Shown in pieces: positions 23,750-37,209 of a stretch of DNA of 64,000 nucleotides; positions within the stretch are counted from its first letter, which is position 1; every line of letters begins with the position of its first letter. Source of the DNA: Octopus vulgaris (taxonomy: Eukaryota); NCBI GenBank assembly GCA_951406725.2, contig OX597837.1, positions 47,492,001-47,556,000 on the forward strand, written 5' to 3'. The notes under the pieces were generated by a model. That model ran no database searches. It worked only from the letters and a program-made list of their open reading frames with translations, and was not told the origin of the DNA. The position numbers were made by a program, and so were the translations under genes.

Positions 23750-25560
23750 AACCTTCCAACGGCTCAAAACACATCTGATGATCTTTACTATTCTTAACAG
23801 GCAAACATTCAGTAGAAACTCTACAGGACATTCCATTCCAATCTCTTTTAACCATTTCCCTAATGCACCAATTCTTGCAGATTCTTATTAGATTTCGGGC
23901 TCTAAATCCCTTACAGATTTCTTGTCCTAAATCCTCGCTATCACAAATTTTAAGGGATTGTATGTTTTTAACTTTTTACTTTCTTTCTTCACATTCCTTA
24001 AACCAAATGGACATGATGGATCAATCGTTAAGCAAATTTGTGTTATATCTGGCTTGTTATGTTCTATCTTATGCGTTTGAATTGGAAAATCCCACAAAAT
24101 CTGGCATTTTTCCGGCTCAAACACTCTTTCAAGCCGATGATCGTCCAAGTACTTCCAACTTCAATTCACCATTTCTGACAAAGCTTCCAGTGTAAAACTT
24201 TTACAACTTGGCCATGCCTTCATTTCTTATATTCTCCTCGGGCTAACTAGCGACATTCTGCAGCAATGTGTTCCATTGTTTCAGCCCAAATTCCACACAC
24301 TCTACATTTTCCCGATTCCTTCTCTCCATACACATATTTTCCCGAGTTTTTAACGGTTCATCTCGAGCTGCTATAACAAGGCTCTCTGTTTCTTTTTTTA
24401 ATTGCCCTTTTTTAACCAAGCCCAGGTTTGTGTTCCACATACGCCCTCAGTGGCTTTCCAAAACTGACCATGCAAAGGGTTCTCTTCGATCTGTCTGACA
24501 TGCTCTCTTTGTATTTCATTCTTGTCCTTTTCTCCTGTTCCACATTTGGTCACTTGTTCTTTATTCATTGCTTTAGTAACTTCGCTTTACTGTTCTATAA
24601 ATAATCTAGCAGGCTGCTTCGTTCCATCTGCACAAACTCTTCTACAGAAATTAAACCTCGTCCACCCTGATCTCTCTCCAAGTACAACAGGTACATATCA
24701 GCTTCCGGGTGGTGGGTTCCATACATTGCCAACAGTTTTCTAGTTTTTTTCTTACCAACTTTCTGTAAGTCGCTTTTTGTTCAATCCACAATTCCAACCC
24801 CAGATCTTGAATTTATCTCTTCAATAACATCTTTTTAAATTTTACCCTCACTGTAATATATTTCCTTCGTCTTGTATACTCCCCTATTTGTAATTTGTTT
24901 CATCTTTTCATGTTTTATTTCATCTGCTTCCAGTATCCCCCAATGTTTATACCACTGTCCTTTCTAAACCGCTTTCATTGTTTTCACATTTGGCATTTCA
25001 ATTGCCTGACTTCCTTCAAATCTTTTCCATTTTCTTATCAATATAGCGAACACTCCATTCCTAAATTCCATCATTTCAGAAAACGTGAACAATATGTCCA
25101 AGACTTTCAAACTGCTTCTCATTTATTGCGTAAAGCCTTAAAATGGAGATTGTTTATCTGACCATATGCTTTTCCCAAGTCCTAAGCTATTTTAACGTCC
25201 CATCGTATCAAACTGAGCTGTGTCATGGCCACTACAAATAGTAATGGAGATAAGCGATCTCCTTGGCATATAACAAGTCTGATGTTCATTTTTCCAAGTT
25301 TTTGTTTTCCTTCGGTCAATTCAATGTTTTATATTTTCCTTGGCCTTTTCTCCACACCTTCTGCCACTCCAAACATGATCATTGTTAAACTTATCCAACT
25401 GGGCGGCACCATATCAGATGCTTATCTGTAGTCCAACCATGCTACCTCAATCCCGTCAATCTGAGTCTAAAATTTCTAACAACTGCTCTTTAGTTGCACT
25501 TGTTCGCAAATGGTTACTTTCCAGATGCTTATACAACTTTTTTCCGCCAAGACAACGCCA
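23750..25560 (-). mobile_element. Degenerate R4/Dong-like LINE (RT to REL endonuclease)
   Basis: Fragments KCQILWDFPIQTHKIEHNKPDI and GQLKKETESLVIAARD, plus RT-region remnants upstream. Confidence 0.8.
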
Positions 25561-26389
25561 AGAAAAGAGGGCGAGAGAAAAAGAGACGTGAGGCAGAGGG
25601 AATGTTATTGTAAAGTTTCCATATGATTAATTGAAGGGAAAGAGATGAGAAAGAAAAAGGAGAGAGAGAAAGAGGATAAGGCAAAGAGTCGGACAGAAAG
25701 AGGGAGAGAGAAAAAGGAGAGAGAGAAAGAGGATAAGGCAAAGAGTCGGACAGAAAGAGGGAGAGAGAAAAAGAGCGTCCATGAAGTGTTGTAGTGTGAA
25801 AGTAATAGTTATTACGTGGTTAAAAAAGTTAGTTGAAGGTAGTAATATAAAGAAAGAGAGAAATATAATTTTAGGTGAGGAGTAATGTTCTGATGGTGAA
25901 AGGTAGAGGGAGAGGAATGAAAGAGAGAGGGGGAGGGAGGTGGTGATGGTGGTAGTGGTGCGTTGATAATGAAAATTTGTTTTTATTTTAATTGAACTAA
26001 GTTTTTTTATATCACCTGTCACATAACGCATGCGCATAAGTCCAATTCTGTGAAATTTTCACGCTTATTTACATGGCAGATATTTGCAATTTAACTAAAG
26101 GTTGTGTCATATGTACAGGATTTTCTTTTTGCTCATGGGAAAAGTAGAGAAATGGGAAAATAAGTGTGAATATTTATTTTATGAGTGCTGTGTATAAAGT
26201 CTATAACATTGTGCATAAAGTATATAAAGTGCATTAAGTAATCATTATATTCCAATTTCCTTCACTTTTCAATGAATAGCTGATGAGTGACTATCTTTTG
26301 ATACAGACACAAGACAGGTTACGCTTTCAGGATTTTGGATAGAGTTTTCAGAAATAACCCAAAAGGTTTATCATTAATTCCGAGAATAT

Positions 26390-28200
26390 TCACGGGTGCC
26401 GCTAGTTATTATTATTAGGCTAGTGCATTCTAATTTAGTTTGGAGGTATTTTATCTTGACGTTTTGTGACAACAAGTTTCCTCAAATCTCAAGAATCTTT
26501 CTTAGAATTCTTGCAAAATATAGAATGGTAATTTTCTGCAAGTCGACAACGCGAGTTTCAATTCCAATCTCTCCCAGTCTTTTAGGTAGCATTTTTGGGT
26601 GCTGTGCCAAGTTCACTAATTACTACTGGAAGAATTGTTGCCTTGGTCCTCCACAGACTCCTCACTTCTCTGCCTAGATTCTGATATTTCTCATTCTTTT
26701 TCAATTGTTATCGAATCTGTTATCACAGGAAATAACAAAACCTATCGTCTTAGCATTGTTTTCTTTATTTTGTGCTCTATAAACGTGTCTGGTCTTCCTG
26801 CCTCAATACCATGGTCGGTTTTTATAACGATGTCCCACAAGATCTTGTAATTCTCATTTTCTATCACAGCCTCTGCTTCATACAACTCTCCTCTTGCTTT
26901 GAAACTCGCCTAACATCCCAATGCGCTCTTTTGCCTACAGAGTTATATCTATACTCCTTATACTCCTTGTGCATCAGTATGCTGCACTCACTCAAAAGGT
27001 GATCGATACTTTCGTCTCCTTTTCTGCACATTCTACATTTACCTGTCTGATTGACTTTTATCGTCCTTTCCCTTTATCAGATTTGCCCTAATGGCATCTT
27101 CCCGAGCGATTATAATTTGCGTCTCGGTTTCTCACTTTTCAAGTCAACCAGACCCAGTGATCTTTACTTCCTCGAGATTCTCGTTTCCTTGCATGAATTG
27201 ATCACGTACTTTAATTTCTTTCTATTTCTTTGTTCTGCTCTTCTTCTTTTACTCTTTGAATTCTCCTACTGTTTCAATCACTTTTTGGTTATCCCTGGCT
27301 GCCGATAGCATTCTTCCTCTACTCTGCAGCACATTATCTTTCAGACCCTCTAATAGTATCTTCTACGTTTAGTAATCCTCTTTTACCTTCCTTTCTTCGT
27401 AGTCGGTCGCTTTTGAATTTAGGATGGAATGCGTTGCGTATTGTCTGCAGCTCTCAAGTTCTTCTATCCAAAGTTCTGCAGCCCGGTCTTTGTCCATTTC
27501 AGGAAAGCAGCAGAATATCTCAATACCGGCATAGTCCACGTATTTAAGGCTTTAACAATGTTCCTTCCGTTTAATATTGTTTCGAGAACCTTCCTAATTC
27601 TCCTCTTGTACACCCTAGTGATTTTCTCTCTCATTTCTCTTTCCAATATCTTATCGTCTCGTAGCACTCCAAAGAATTTATATCCCTCATTACTTCACAA
27701 CGATCTAATGATGTCTTGTAATTTTATGCCATTCGACTTTATCTTCCGGCTTTTCCTCATTATTAGCGCTGCGCACTTACCTACTCCAAACTGCATTCCA
27801 ATGTCCTTATTGAATACTCTCTCTATTTGGATCAGAGACTCCAGGTCGGTCTCATCCATATAAAGTCGGTGATTTATTCCTATGTTGAATATGGTGAACT
27901 CATAGGCAGGCCTGGATATTCTCAATATACTTGTTAGAGAGATTAGCGCAATGATGAAGGGTATCTCCTTGGCAAATGTCCCTGCGTATTTTCACATTGC
28001 CCTGCGATTCACTTGCACATGTCAGTTCTGCCCACACCCTCTGTCCTTTCTCCAAAAGGTTGTTTATCTTCCGATTGACTCCGAGCGTTCTCAGATACTC
28101 CAAGAGCCAGCTTTGTGGCTACAGTTGTAAGCCTTCTTGTAATTTATTCATCCAACAGTTAAATCCTTCTTCCTTACATGTGCTTCATTTGATATTATGC
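26390..28200 (-). mobile_element. Degenerate R4/Dong-like LINE
   Basis: Fragments ICQGD, INHRLYMDE, DIGMQFGVGKCA and LNGRNIVKALNTWTMPVLRYSA. Confidence 0.85.
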
Positions 28201-28241
28201 TTAAGGTGGCGAGCTGGCTGAATCGTCAGCAGGCTAGGCAT

Positions 28242-28384
28242 TTAATTAAACAATGCAAGTATTACATCATTTTTAAAATGTAGAGCAATCTTCAGCTGCA
28301 TATAAATATATAAATTCTATATTTATATGCAGCTGAAGATTGCTCTACATTTTAAAACTGATGTAATCTTTACATTGTTCAATT

Positions 28385-28388
<4 letters not shown>
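28242..28388. repeat. Near-perfect hairpin (inverted repeat)
   Basis: ttttaaaatgtagagcaatcttcagctgcatataaatata / tatatttatatgcagctgaagattgctctacattttaaaa with a 7-nt loop. Confidence 0.92.
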
Positions 28389-28444
<56 letters not shown>

Positions 28445-28528
28445 TGTGTATATGAATGTGTATGTATGTTTATGTACATGTATGTATGTATGTATACACG
28501 CGCGCACATACGTGTGTGTGTGTGTGTA

Positions 28529-28559
<31 letters not shown>

Positions 28560-28641
28560 GCACACATGTACATGTACAGATGTCGAATTGTTTATACACA
28601 TTGCTGTGGAGACATGCTCACACATTTTGCGTCCTACTCAC

Positions 28642-28921
28642 CTGTATCGGATTTTGTTAAAAGAATAATGGTTGTGATTAATCCTGCAGCAAGAGCCAAG
28701 AGAAGCAGAATAATGCCGACAAGGACCAATCGCCATTTCTTTGACCATTTCTGCTTCTGAGGTTCGAACTCCAAACTTTCACGCAGGCTGATATCATCTT
28801 CTCCAATCCAGCTGACAGTTGGGTCATGAAATAAAAACGGCCAAAATGGGGTTATTTTGGGTCGAAACGTTCTGAAAAGTGTGCCCCTTCTTGCAGTATC
28901 TCCAAAATTTATTTCGTCTTC
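28642..28921 (-). CDS. Cytoplasmic tail plus type II signal-anchor transmembrane exon
   Basis: Acceptor tttcctttatatctttttgtAG, donor GTgagta, 280 nt, phase 0 to 1, fully open. Encodes EDEINFGDTARRGTLFRTFRPKITPFWPFLFHDPTVSWIGEDDISLRESLEFEPQKQKWSKKWR-LVLVGIILLLLALAAGLITTIILL-TKSDT. The basic cluster before a 24-aa hydrophobic stretch indicates N-in topology. Confidence 0.9.
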
Positions 28922-28959
28922 CTACAAAAAGATATAAAGGAAACATATAATCAAATACA

Positions 28960-29360
28960 GACGCAGGAGTAGCTGTGTGGTAAGAAGCTCGCTTCCCAAC
29001 CACATGGTTCCGAGTTCAATCCCACTGCGTGGCACCTTGGGCAAGTGTCTTCTACTATAGCCTCGGGCCGATTAAAGCCTTGTGAGCGGATTTGGTAGAC
29101 GGAAACTGAAAGAAGCCCATCGTATATATATATGTATGTATGTGTGTACATTTGGTGTTTGTGAGTGTGTGTCGCCCCACCATCCCTCGACACCGATGTT
29201 GGTGTGTTTACGTCTCCATAACGTAGCTGTTTAGCTACAGACACCAATACAATAAGTACCAGGCTTACAAAGAATAAATCTTAGGGTCGATTTGTTCTAC
29301 TAAATGCGGTGCTCCAGCATGGCTGTAGACAAATGACTGAAAAAAGTAAAAGAATAAGTT
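28960..29360 (+). mobile_element. tRNA-derived SINE family B
   Basis: gcaggagtagctgtgtggtaagaagc...gttcaatcccactgcgtggcaccttgggcaagtgtcttc...ggtagacggaaactgaaagaagccc. Copies at about 50750-50908(-), 52170-52470(+) and 58390-58960(+, interrupted). Confidence 0.88.
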
Positions 29361-29607
29361 TGTTTATCATTTAGTCAGTAAAGGACGTCTTTAGCTTCGT
29401 GTGTCTGGCGGTTGGCCTAACTTCTGGAAAATGTGGCCGTGAAGGAAAACTAGGGCGTGATCCAGTTGAACATCGTGGTAGGTCTACCTTTCAAGCGAAA
29501 GGCACTAAAAGACTAAGGACCGTTAAATCGGGTGGCAAAGCCAACTTGGCATTGAAATATTGTTATTGTTGAGATTCCAGTTCAATCTGATCCTGTACAA
29601 ACTGGAT

Positions 29608-32600
29608 ATCTGTTGGAGGGGGGACGAAGAAGGCAGGATCTGTGGTGGGGAGGAAGAAGGCAGGATCTGTGGTGGGGAGTAAGAAGGCAGGATCTGTGGT
29701 GGGGAGGAAGAAGGCAGGATCTGTGGTGGGGAGGAAGAAGGCAGGATCTGTGGTGGGGAGCAAGAAGGCAGGATCTGTGGTGGGGAGGAAGAAGGCAAGA
29801 TCTGTGGTGGGGACGAAGAAGGCAAGATCTGTGGTGGGGAGGAAGAAGGCAGGATCTGTGGTGGGGAGGAAGAAGGCAGGATCTGTGGTGGGGAGGAAGA
29901 AGGCAGGATCTGTGGTGGGGAGGAAGAAGGCAGGATCTGTGGTGGGGAGGAAGAAGGCAGGATCTGTGGTGGGGAGGAAGAAGGCAGGATCTGTGGTGGG
30001 GAGGAAGAAGGCAGGATATGTGGTGGGGAGGAAGAAGGCAGGATATGTGGTGGGGAGGAAGAAGGCAGGATCTGTGGTGGGGAACAAGAAGGCAGGATCT
30101 GTGGTGGGGAGGAAGAAGGCAGGATCTGTGGTGGGGAGGAAGAAGGCAGGATCTGTGGTGGGGAGGAAGAAGACAGGATCTGTGGTGGGGAACAAGAAGG
30201 CAGGATCTGTGGTGGGAAGGAAGAAGGCAGGATCTGTGGTGGGGAGGAAGAAGGCAGGATCTGTGGTGGGGAGGAAGAAGGCAGGATCTGTGGTGGGGAG
30301 GAAGAAGGCAGGATCTGTGGTGGGGAGGAAGAAGGCAGGATCTGTGGTGGGGAGGAAGAAGGCAGGATCTGTGGTGGGGAGGAAGAAGGCAGGATCTGTG
30401 GTGGGGAGGAAGAAGGCAGGATCTGTGGTGGGGAGGAAGAAGGCAAGATCTGTGGTGGGGAGGAAGAAGGCAAGATCTGTGGTGGGGAGCAAGAAGGCAG
30501 GATCTGTGGTGGGGAGGAAGAAGGCAGGATCTGTGGTGGGGAGGAAGAAGGCAGGATCTGTGGTGGGGAGGAAGAAGGCAGGATCTGTGGTGGGGAGGAA
30601 GAAGGCAGGATCTGTGGTGGGGAGGAAGAAGGCAGGATCTGTGGTGGGGAGCAAGAAGGCAGGATCTGTGGTGGGGAGGAAGAAGGCAAGATCTGTGGTG
30701 GGGAGGAAGAAGGCAGGATCTGTGGTGGGGAGGAAGAAGGCAGGATCTGTGGTGGGGAGTAAGAAGGCAGGATCTGTGGTGGGGAGGAAGAAGGCAGGAT
30801 CTGTGGTGGGGAGGAAGAAGGCAGGATCTGTGGTGGGGAGGAAGAAGGCAGGATCTGTGGTGGGGAGGAAGAAGGCAGGATCTGTGGTGGGGAGGAAGAA
30901 GGCAGGATATGTGGTGGGGAGGAAGAAGGCAGGATCTGTGGTGGGGAACAAGAAGGCAGGATCTGTGGTGGGGAGGAAGAAGGCAGGATCTGTGGTGGGG
31001 AGGAAGAAGGCAGGATCTGTGGTGGGGAGGAAGAAGGCAGGATCTGTGGTGGGGAACAAGAAGGCAGGATCTGTGGTGGGAAGGAAGAAGGCAGGATCTG
31101 TGGTGGGGAGGAAGAAGGCAGGATCTGTGGTGGGGAGGAAGAAGGCAGGATCTGTGGTGGGGAGGAAGAAGGCAGGATCTGTGGTGGGGAGGAAGAAGGC
31201 AGGATCTGTGGTGGGGAGGAAGAAGGCAGGATCTGTGGTGGGGAGGAAGAAGGCAGGATCTGTGGTGGGGAGGAAGAAGGCAGGATCTGTGGTGGGGAGG
31301 AAGAAGGCAAGATCTGTGGTGGGGAGGAAGAAGGCAAGATCTGTGGTGGGGAGCAAGAAGGCAGGATCTGTGGTGGGGAGGAAGAAGGCAGGATCTGTGG
31401 TGGGGAGGAAGAAGGCAGGATCTGTGGTGGGGAGGAAGAAGGCAGGATCTGTGGTGGGGAGGAAGAAGGCAGGATCTGTGGTGGGGAGGAAGAAGGCAGG
31501 ATCTGTGGTGGGGAGGAAGAAGGCAGGATCTGTGGTGGGGAGCAAGAAGGCAGGATCTGTGGTGGGGAGGAAGAAGGCAAGATCTGTGGTGGGGACGAAG
31601 AAGGCAAGATCTGTGGTGGGGAGGAAGAAGGCAGGATCTGTGGTGGGGAGGAAGAAGGCAGGATCTGTGGTGGGGAGTAAGAAGGCAGGATCTGTGGTGG
31701 GGAGGAAGAAGGCAGGATCTGTGGTGGGGAGGAAGAAGGCAGGATCTGTGGTGGGGAGCAAGAAGGCAGGATCTGTGGTGGGGAGGAAGAAGGCAAGATC
31801 TGTGGTGGGGACGAAGAAGGCAAGATCTGTGGTGGGGAGGAAGAAGGCAGGATCTGTGGTGGGGAGGAAGAAGGCAGGATCTGTGGTGGGGAGGAAGAAG
31901 GCAGGATCTGTGGTGGGGAGGAAGAAGGCAGGATCTGTGGTGGGGAGGAAGAAGGCAGGATCTGTGGTGGGGAGGAAGAAGGCAGGATCTGTGGTGGGGA
32001 GCAAGAAGGCAGGATCTGTGGTGGGGAGGAAGAAGGCAAGATCTGTGGTGGGGAGCAAGAAGGCAGGATCTGTGGTGGGGAGGAAGAAGGCAGGATCTGT
32101 GGTGGGGAGCAAGAAGGCAGGATCTGTGGTGGGGAGGAAGAAGGCAAGATCTGTGGTGGGGAGGAAGAAGGCAGGATCTGTGGTGGGGAGGAAGAAGGCA
32201 GGATCTGTGGTGGGGAGGAAGAAGGCAGGATCTGTGGTGGGGAGGAAGAAGGCAAGATCTGTGGTGGGGAGGAAGAAGGCAGGATCTGTGGTGGGGAGGA
32301 AGAAGGCAGGATCTGTGGTGGGGAGTAAGAAGGCAGGATCTGTGGTGGGGAGCAAGAAGGCAGGATCTGTGGTGGGGAGGAAGAAGGCAGGATCTGTGGT
32401 GGGGAGGAAGAAGGCAGGATCTGTGGTGGGGAGGAAGAAGGCAGGATCTGTGGTGGGGAGGAAGAAGGCAGGATCTGTGGTGGGGAGGAAGAAGGCAGGA
32501 TCTGTGGTGGGGAGGAAGAAGGCAGGATCTGTGGTGGGGAACAAGAAGGCAGGATCTGTGGTGGGGAGGAAGAAGGCAGGATCTGTGGTGGGGAGGAAGA

Positions 32601-33394
32601 AGGCAGGATCTGTGGTGGGGAGGAAGAAGGCAGGATCTGTGGTGGGGAGGAAGAAGGCAGGATCTGTGGTGGGGAGGAAGAAGGCAGGATCTGTGGTGGG
32701 GAGGAAGAAGGCAGGATCTGTGGTGGGGAGGAAGAAGGCAGGATCTGTGGTGGGGAGGAAGAAGGCAGGATCTGTGGTGGGGAGGAAGAAGGCAGGATCT
32801 GTGGTGGGGAGGAAGAAGGCAGGATCTGTGGTGGGGAATAAGGCAGGATCTGTGGTGGGGAGGAAGAAGGCAGGATCTGTGGTGGGGAGGAAGAAGGCAG
32901 GATCTGTGGTGGGGAGCAAGAAGGCAGGATCTGTGGTGGGGAGGAAGAAGGCAGGATCTGTGGTGGGGAGCAAGAAGGCAGGATCTGTGGTGGGGAGGAA
33001 GAAGGCAGGATCTGTGGTGGGGAGCAAGAAGGCAGGATCTGTGGTGGGGAGGAAGAAGGCAAGATCTGTGGTGGGGACGAAGAAGGCAGGATCTGTGGTG
33101 GGGAGTAAGAAGGCAGGATCTGTGGTGGTGAGCAAGAAGGCAGGATCTGTGGTGGGGAGGAAGAAGGCAAGATCTGTGGTGGGGAGGAAGAAGGCAGGAT
33201 CTGTGGTGGGGAGGAAGAAGGCAGGATCTGTGGTGGGGAGGAAGAAGGCAGGATCTGTGGTGGGGAGGAAGAAGGCAGGATCTGTGGTGGGGAGGAAGAA
33301 GGCAGGATCTGTGGTGGGGAGCAAGAAGGCAGGATCTGTGGTGGGGAGGAAGAAGGCAGGATCTGTGGTGAGGAGGAAGAAGGCAGGATCTGTG
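29608..33394. repeat. 27-bp G-rich minisatellite, about 140 units
   Basis: Unit ggatctgtggtggggaggaagaaggca, highly homogeneous. Variant pattern repeats at an 864-bp offset. Confidence 0.97.
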
Positions 33395-33514
33395 TGAGTG
33401 CGCGCCGACGTGTCAGTTATTCAACCAGAATTGCTTTTCTCATGCATTCAGTGTCACTTCGATTATGATCTTCGAGTGACCTGCATCGTTTCGAACTTTT
33501 GGGCCGAATATGCA

Positions 33515-35682
33515 CGTATGTATGTATGTATGTATGTATGTATGTATGTATGCATGTATGTATGTATGTATGTATGTATGTATGTATGCATGTATGTATG
33601 TACGTATGTATGTATGTATGTATGTATGTATGTATGTACTTATGTTTGTATGTACGTATGTATGTATGTATGTACGTATGTATGTATGTATGTATGTATG
33701 TATGTATATATGTATGTACGTATGTATGTATGTTTGTATGTATGTACGTATGTATGTACGTATGTATGTATGTACGTATGTATGTGTGTATGTATGTATG
33801 TATGTATGTATGTGTGTATGTATGTGTGTATGTATGTATGTATGTATGTATGTATGTATGTATGTATGTATGTATGTATGTATGTATGTATGTATGTGTG
33901 TATGTATGTGTGTATGTATGTATGTATGTATGTATGTACGTATGTATGTACGTATGTATGTATGTATGTATGTATGTATGTATGTACGTACGTATGTATG
34001 TATGTATGTATGTATGTATGTATGTATGTATATATGTACGTATGTATGTATGTATGTATGTATGTATGTATGTACGTACGTATGTATGTATGTATGTATG
34101 TATGTATGTATGTATGTACGTATGTATGTATGTATGTATGTATGTATGTATGTATGTATGTATGTATGTATGTATGTACGTATGTATGTACGTATGTATG
34201 TATGTATGTATGTATGTATGTACGTATGTATGTACGTATGTATGTACGTATGTATGTATGTACGTATGTATGTATGTATGTATGTATGTATGTATGTATG
34301 TACGTACGTATGTATGTATGTATGTATGTATGTATGTACGTATGTATGTATGTATGTATGTATGTACGTATGTATGTACGTATGTATGTATGTATGTATG
34401 TATGTATATATGTACGTATGTACGTATGTATGTATGTATGTTTGTATGTATGTACGTATGTATGTACGTATGTATGTATGTATGTATGTATGTATGTATG
34501 TATGTACGTTCGTATGTATGTATGTATGTATGTATGTATGTATATATGTACGTATGTATGTATGTATGTATGTATGTATGTATGTACGTACGTATGTATG
34601 TATGTATGTATGTATGTATGTATGTATGTACGTATGTATGTATGTATGTATGTATGTATGTATGTATGTATGTATGTATGTATGTATGTATGTACGTATG
34701 TACGTATGGATGTATGTATGTATGTATGTATGTACGTATGTATGTACGTATGTATGTACGTATGTATGTATGTACGTATGTATGTATGTATGTATGTATG
34801 TACGTATGTATGTACGTATGTATGTACGTATGTATGTATGTATGTATGTATGTACGTATGTATGTATGTATGTATGTATGTATGTATGTATGAATGTATG
34901 TATGTATGTATGTACGTATGTATGTATGTATGTATGTATGTATGTATGTATGTATGTATGTATGTATGTATGTATGTATGTATGTATGTATGTATGTACG
35001 TACGTATGTATGTATGTATGTATGTATGTATGTATGTTATGTATGTATGTATGTATGTATGTATGTATGTATGTATGTATGTATGTATGTATGTATGTAT
35101 GTATGTATGTATGTATGTATGTATGTATGTATGTATGTATGTATGTATGTATGTATGTATGTATGTATGTATGTATGTATGCGTGTATGTATGTACGTAT
35201 GTATGTATGTATGTATGTATGTATGTATGTATGTATGTATGTATGTATGTATGTATGCGTGTATGTATGTATGTATGTATGTATGTATGTATGTATGTAC
35301 GTATGTAAGTACGTATGTATGTATGTATGTATGTATGTATGTATGTATGTATGTATGTATGTATGTATGTATGTATGTATGTATGTATGTATGTATGTAT
35401 GTATGTATGTATGTACGTATGTATGTATGTATGTATGTACGTTTGTATGTATGTATGTATGTATGTATGTATGTATGTATGTATGTATGTATGTACGTAT
35501 GTATGTATGTATGTATGTATGTACGTATGTATGTATGTATGTATGTATGTATGTATGTATGTATGTATGTATGTATGTATGTATGTATGTATGTATGTAT
35601 GTACGTACGTATGTATGTATGTACGTATGTATGTACGTATGTTTGTATGTATGTATGTACGTATGTATGTATGTATATATGT
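33515..35682. repeat. 2.2-kb (TATG)n microsatellite with interspersed TACG variants
   Basis: Direct reading. Confidence 0.97.
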
Positions 35683-35738
35683 ACATGAGCGTACACGCCC
35701 ATGTGTGTGCGTACGTGCGAGGGTGTTGTGCCTGTACC

Positions 35739-35773
<35 letters not shown>

Positions 35774-36689
35774 GTGAATGTGTTTGTGCGGAGAGGAGTC
35801 ATTGTTTCTTGTATGGTGATCGTCGTTTCAATGAATATTTTACTTGTTCTGAGGGCGACTATCCGCCAGAGTTGTTTGCTCGTCGAGTAGAATGCTTAAC
35901 GGTATTTCGCCCATCTTTACGTTCTGAGTTCAAATTTCGCCGAGGTCGATCTTAACTTTGATCCTTTCGGGGTTGATAAAATAAGTACCAGCTGAACCTT
36001 AACCCTCACCCGAAATTGCTGGCCTTGTGCCAAAATATGAACTCAATCTGTTTTCATGTGTCGAATTATTTAAGTTGTCTTTTGTCCTAAAATATTTGTC
36101 TTTTGTCCTAAAATATTTGTCTTTTGTCCTAAAATTTTTATACCTTTTATCACTGAGGCGTTATTATCTCTTTTCATAAACCAATCCAGTAATTGTTTAG
36201 TTTCACTGTCGATTACATTATTAGGTACTACTTTGATGAAGTTTTACTACCTGCTTACTAGCACTTGTCTTCTTTCTGCAGGCACGTGGCCTGGTGCTTA
36301 GGATGTTGCACTCACGATCTGACGATTGCGGGTTCGAATCCAGGAACGAGTAGTATAACCCCAAAACGCTTCAGTTCACATTACAACAGTGCTTTGTGGT
36401 GGGGGGGCAGCGTGTCAAAGAACAGATCCAACGTTTCCTCTGAATGTTGCAAAAGGTGACTAAAAGAGGTTGAGAGAGGATTTGCACTCAGGCCTCGAAA
36501 AACCCTCACCAGCAACGGCTACCCACAAAACAGACCCATCGGTTGGAGGGTTGTCGCCCGAGTGATGCAAAGGTGTCATCTGTCAGGAGTAGTGAGGAAT
36601 CACCCCCTCCCCCCCCAAAAAGGGTGGATGCGGCGACGCGCTGTTACAGTTCATATCCCCATACTACTACTACTACTACTACTACTTAC

Positions 36690-36710
36690 CTTCTCCTTCG
36701 TACTCTTCAT
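36690..36710 (-). CDS. Candidate first coding exon segment (MKSTKEK) of the SEA-mucin gene
   Basis: ATG at 36710 with an in-frame upstream TAG, strong donor AAG|GTAAGT, phase 0 compatible with the TM exon. Lies in a non-repetitive patch (about 36690-36960). Short, so it could be chance. Confidence 0.35.
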
Positions 36711-37209
36711 TCTGTTTCCCTAAAATTGTCCTCTTCCCCATATTACCACCGCTGGTCGCTGTTCTTCTCATCATGTGCCGCCGGCGGTGATGTCCTCTAT
36801 CATACAAACTGATGTCGCTAAATTTTTTTTTACCGTTGATCAATTTGTTTATTTGATGCTGGGCTTCGTTGTGGTTTCCTTGCGATTTTCGCTGATCTTA
36901 CGCCATCGAATGTTTCCAACTCAACCCAGTTTTTTTTTTGTTTTTCGGAGTAAAATGAAACGGTTATTGAGTTTTTGTTTTTATGAATACACAAACACAT
37001 AGAAATATACATATACAGATACATAAACACATACATGGATAAGACACAGATTCATACATCAAATGACATTCAGACGAACAGACACACAGCCATACTGATA
37101 CATACGGGCATATTTATATATTATACAAACATGTATGCAAACATACGCACGCGCGCACACACGCACACACACACACGCACACACACACACACTCCTACAC
37201 ACATACGCA

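Noticed and set aside
29523-33397. Four >1100-aa ORFs over the 27-mer array as genes, or the array as CRISPR
   Set aside because: A stop-free 27-bp unit is open in most frames by construction, and no ATG or convincing exon context is present. There are no unique spacers and the DNA is eukaryotic, so it is not CRISPR.
33398-35802. Long MYVC/HTYI ORFs and all similar short YI/CV/HT ORFs across the window
   Set aside because: Translations of TATG, TA and CA microsatellites.
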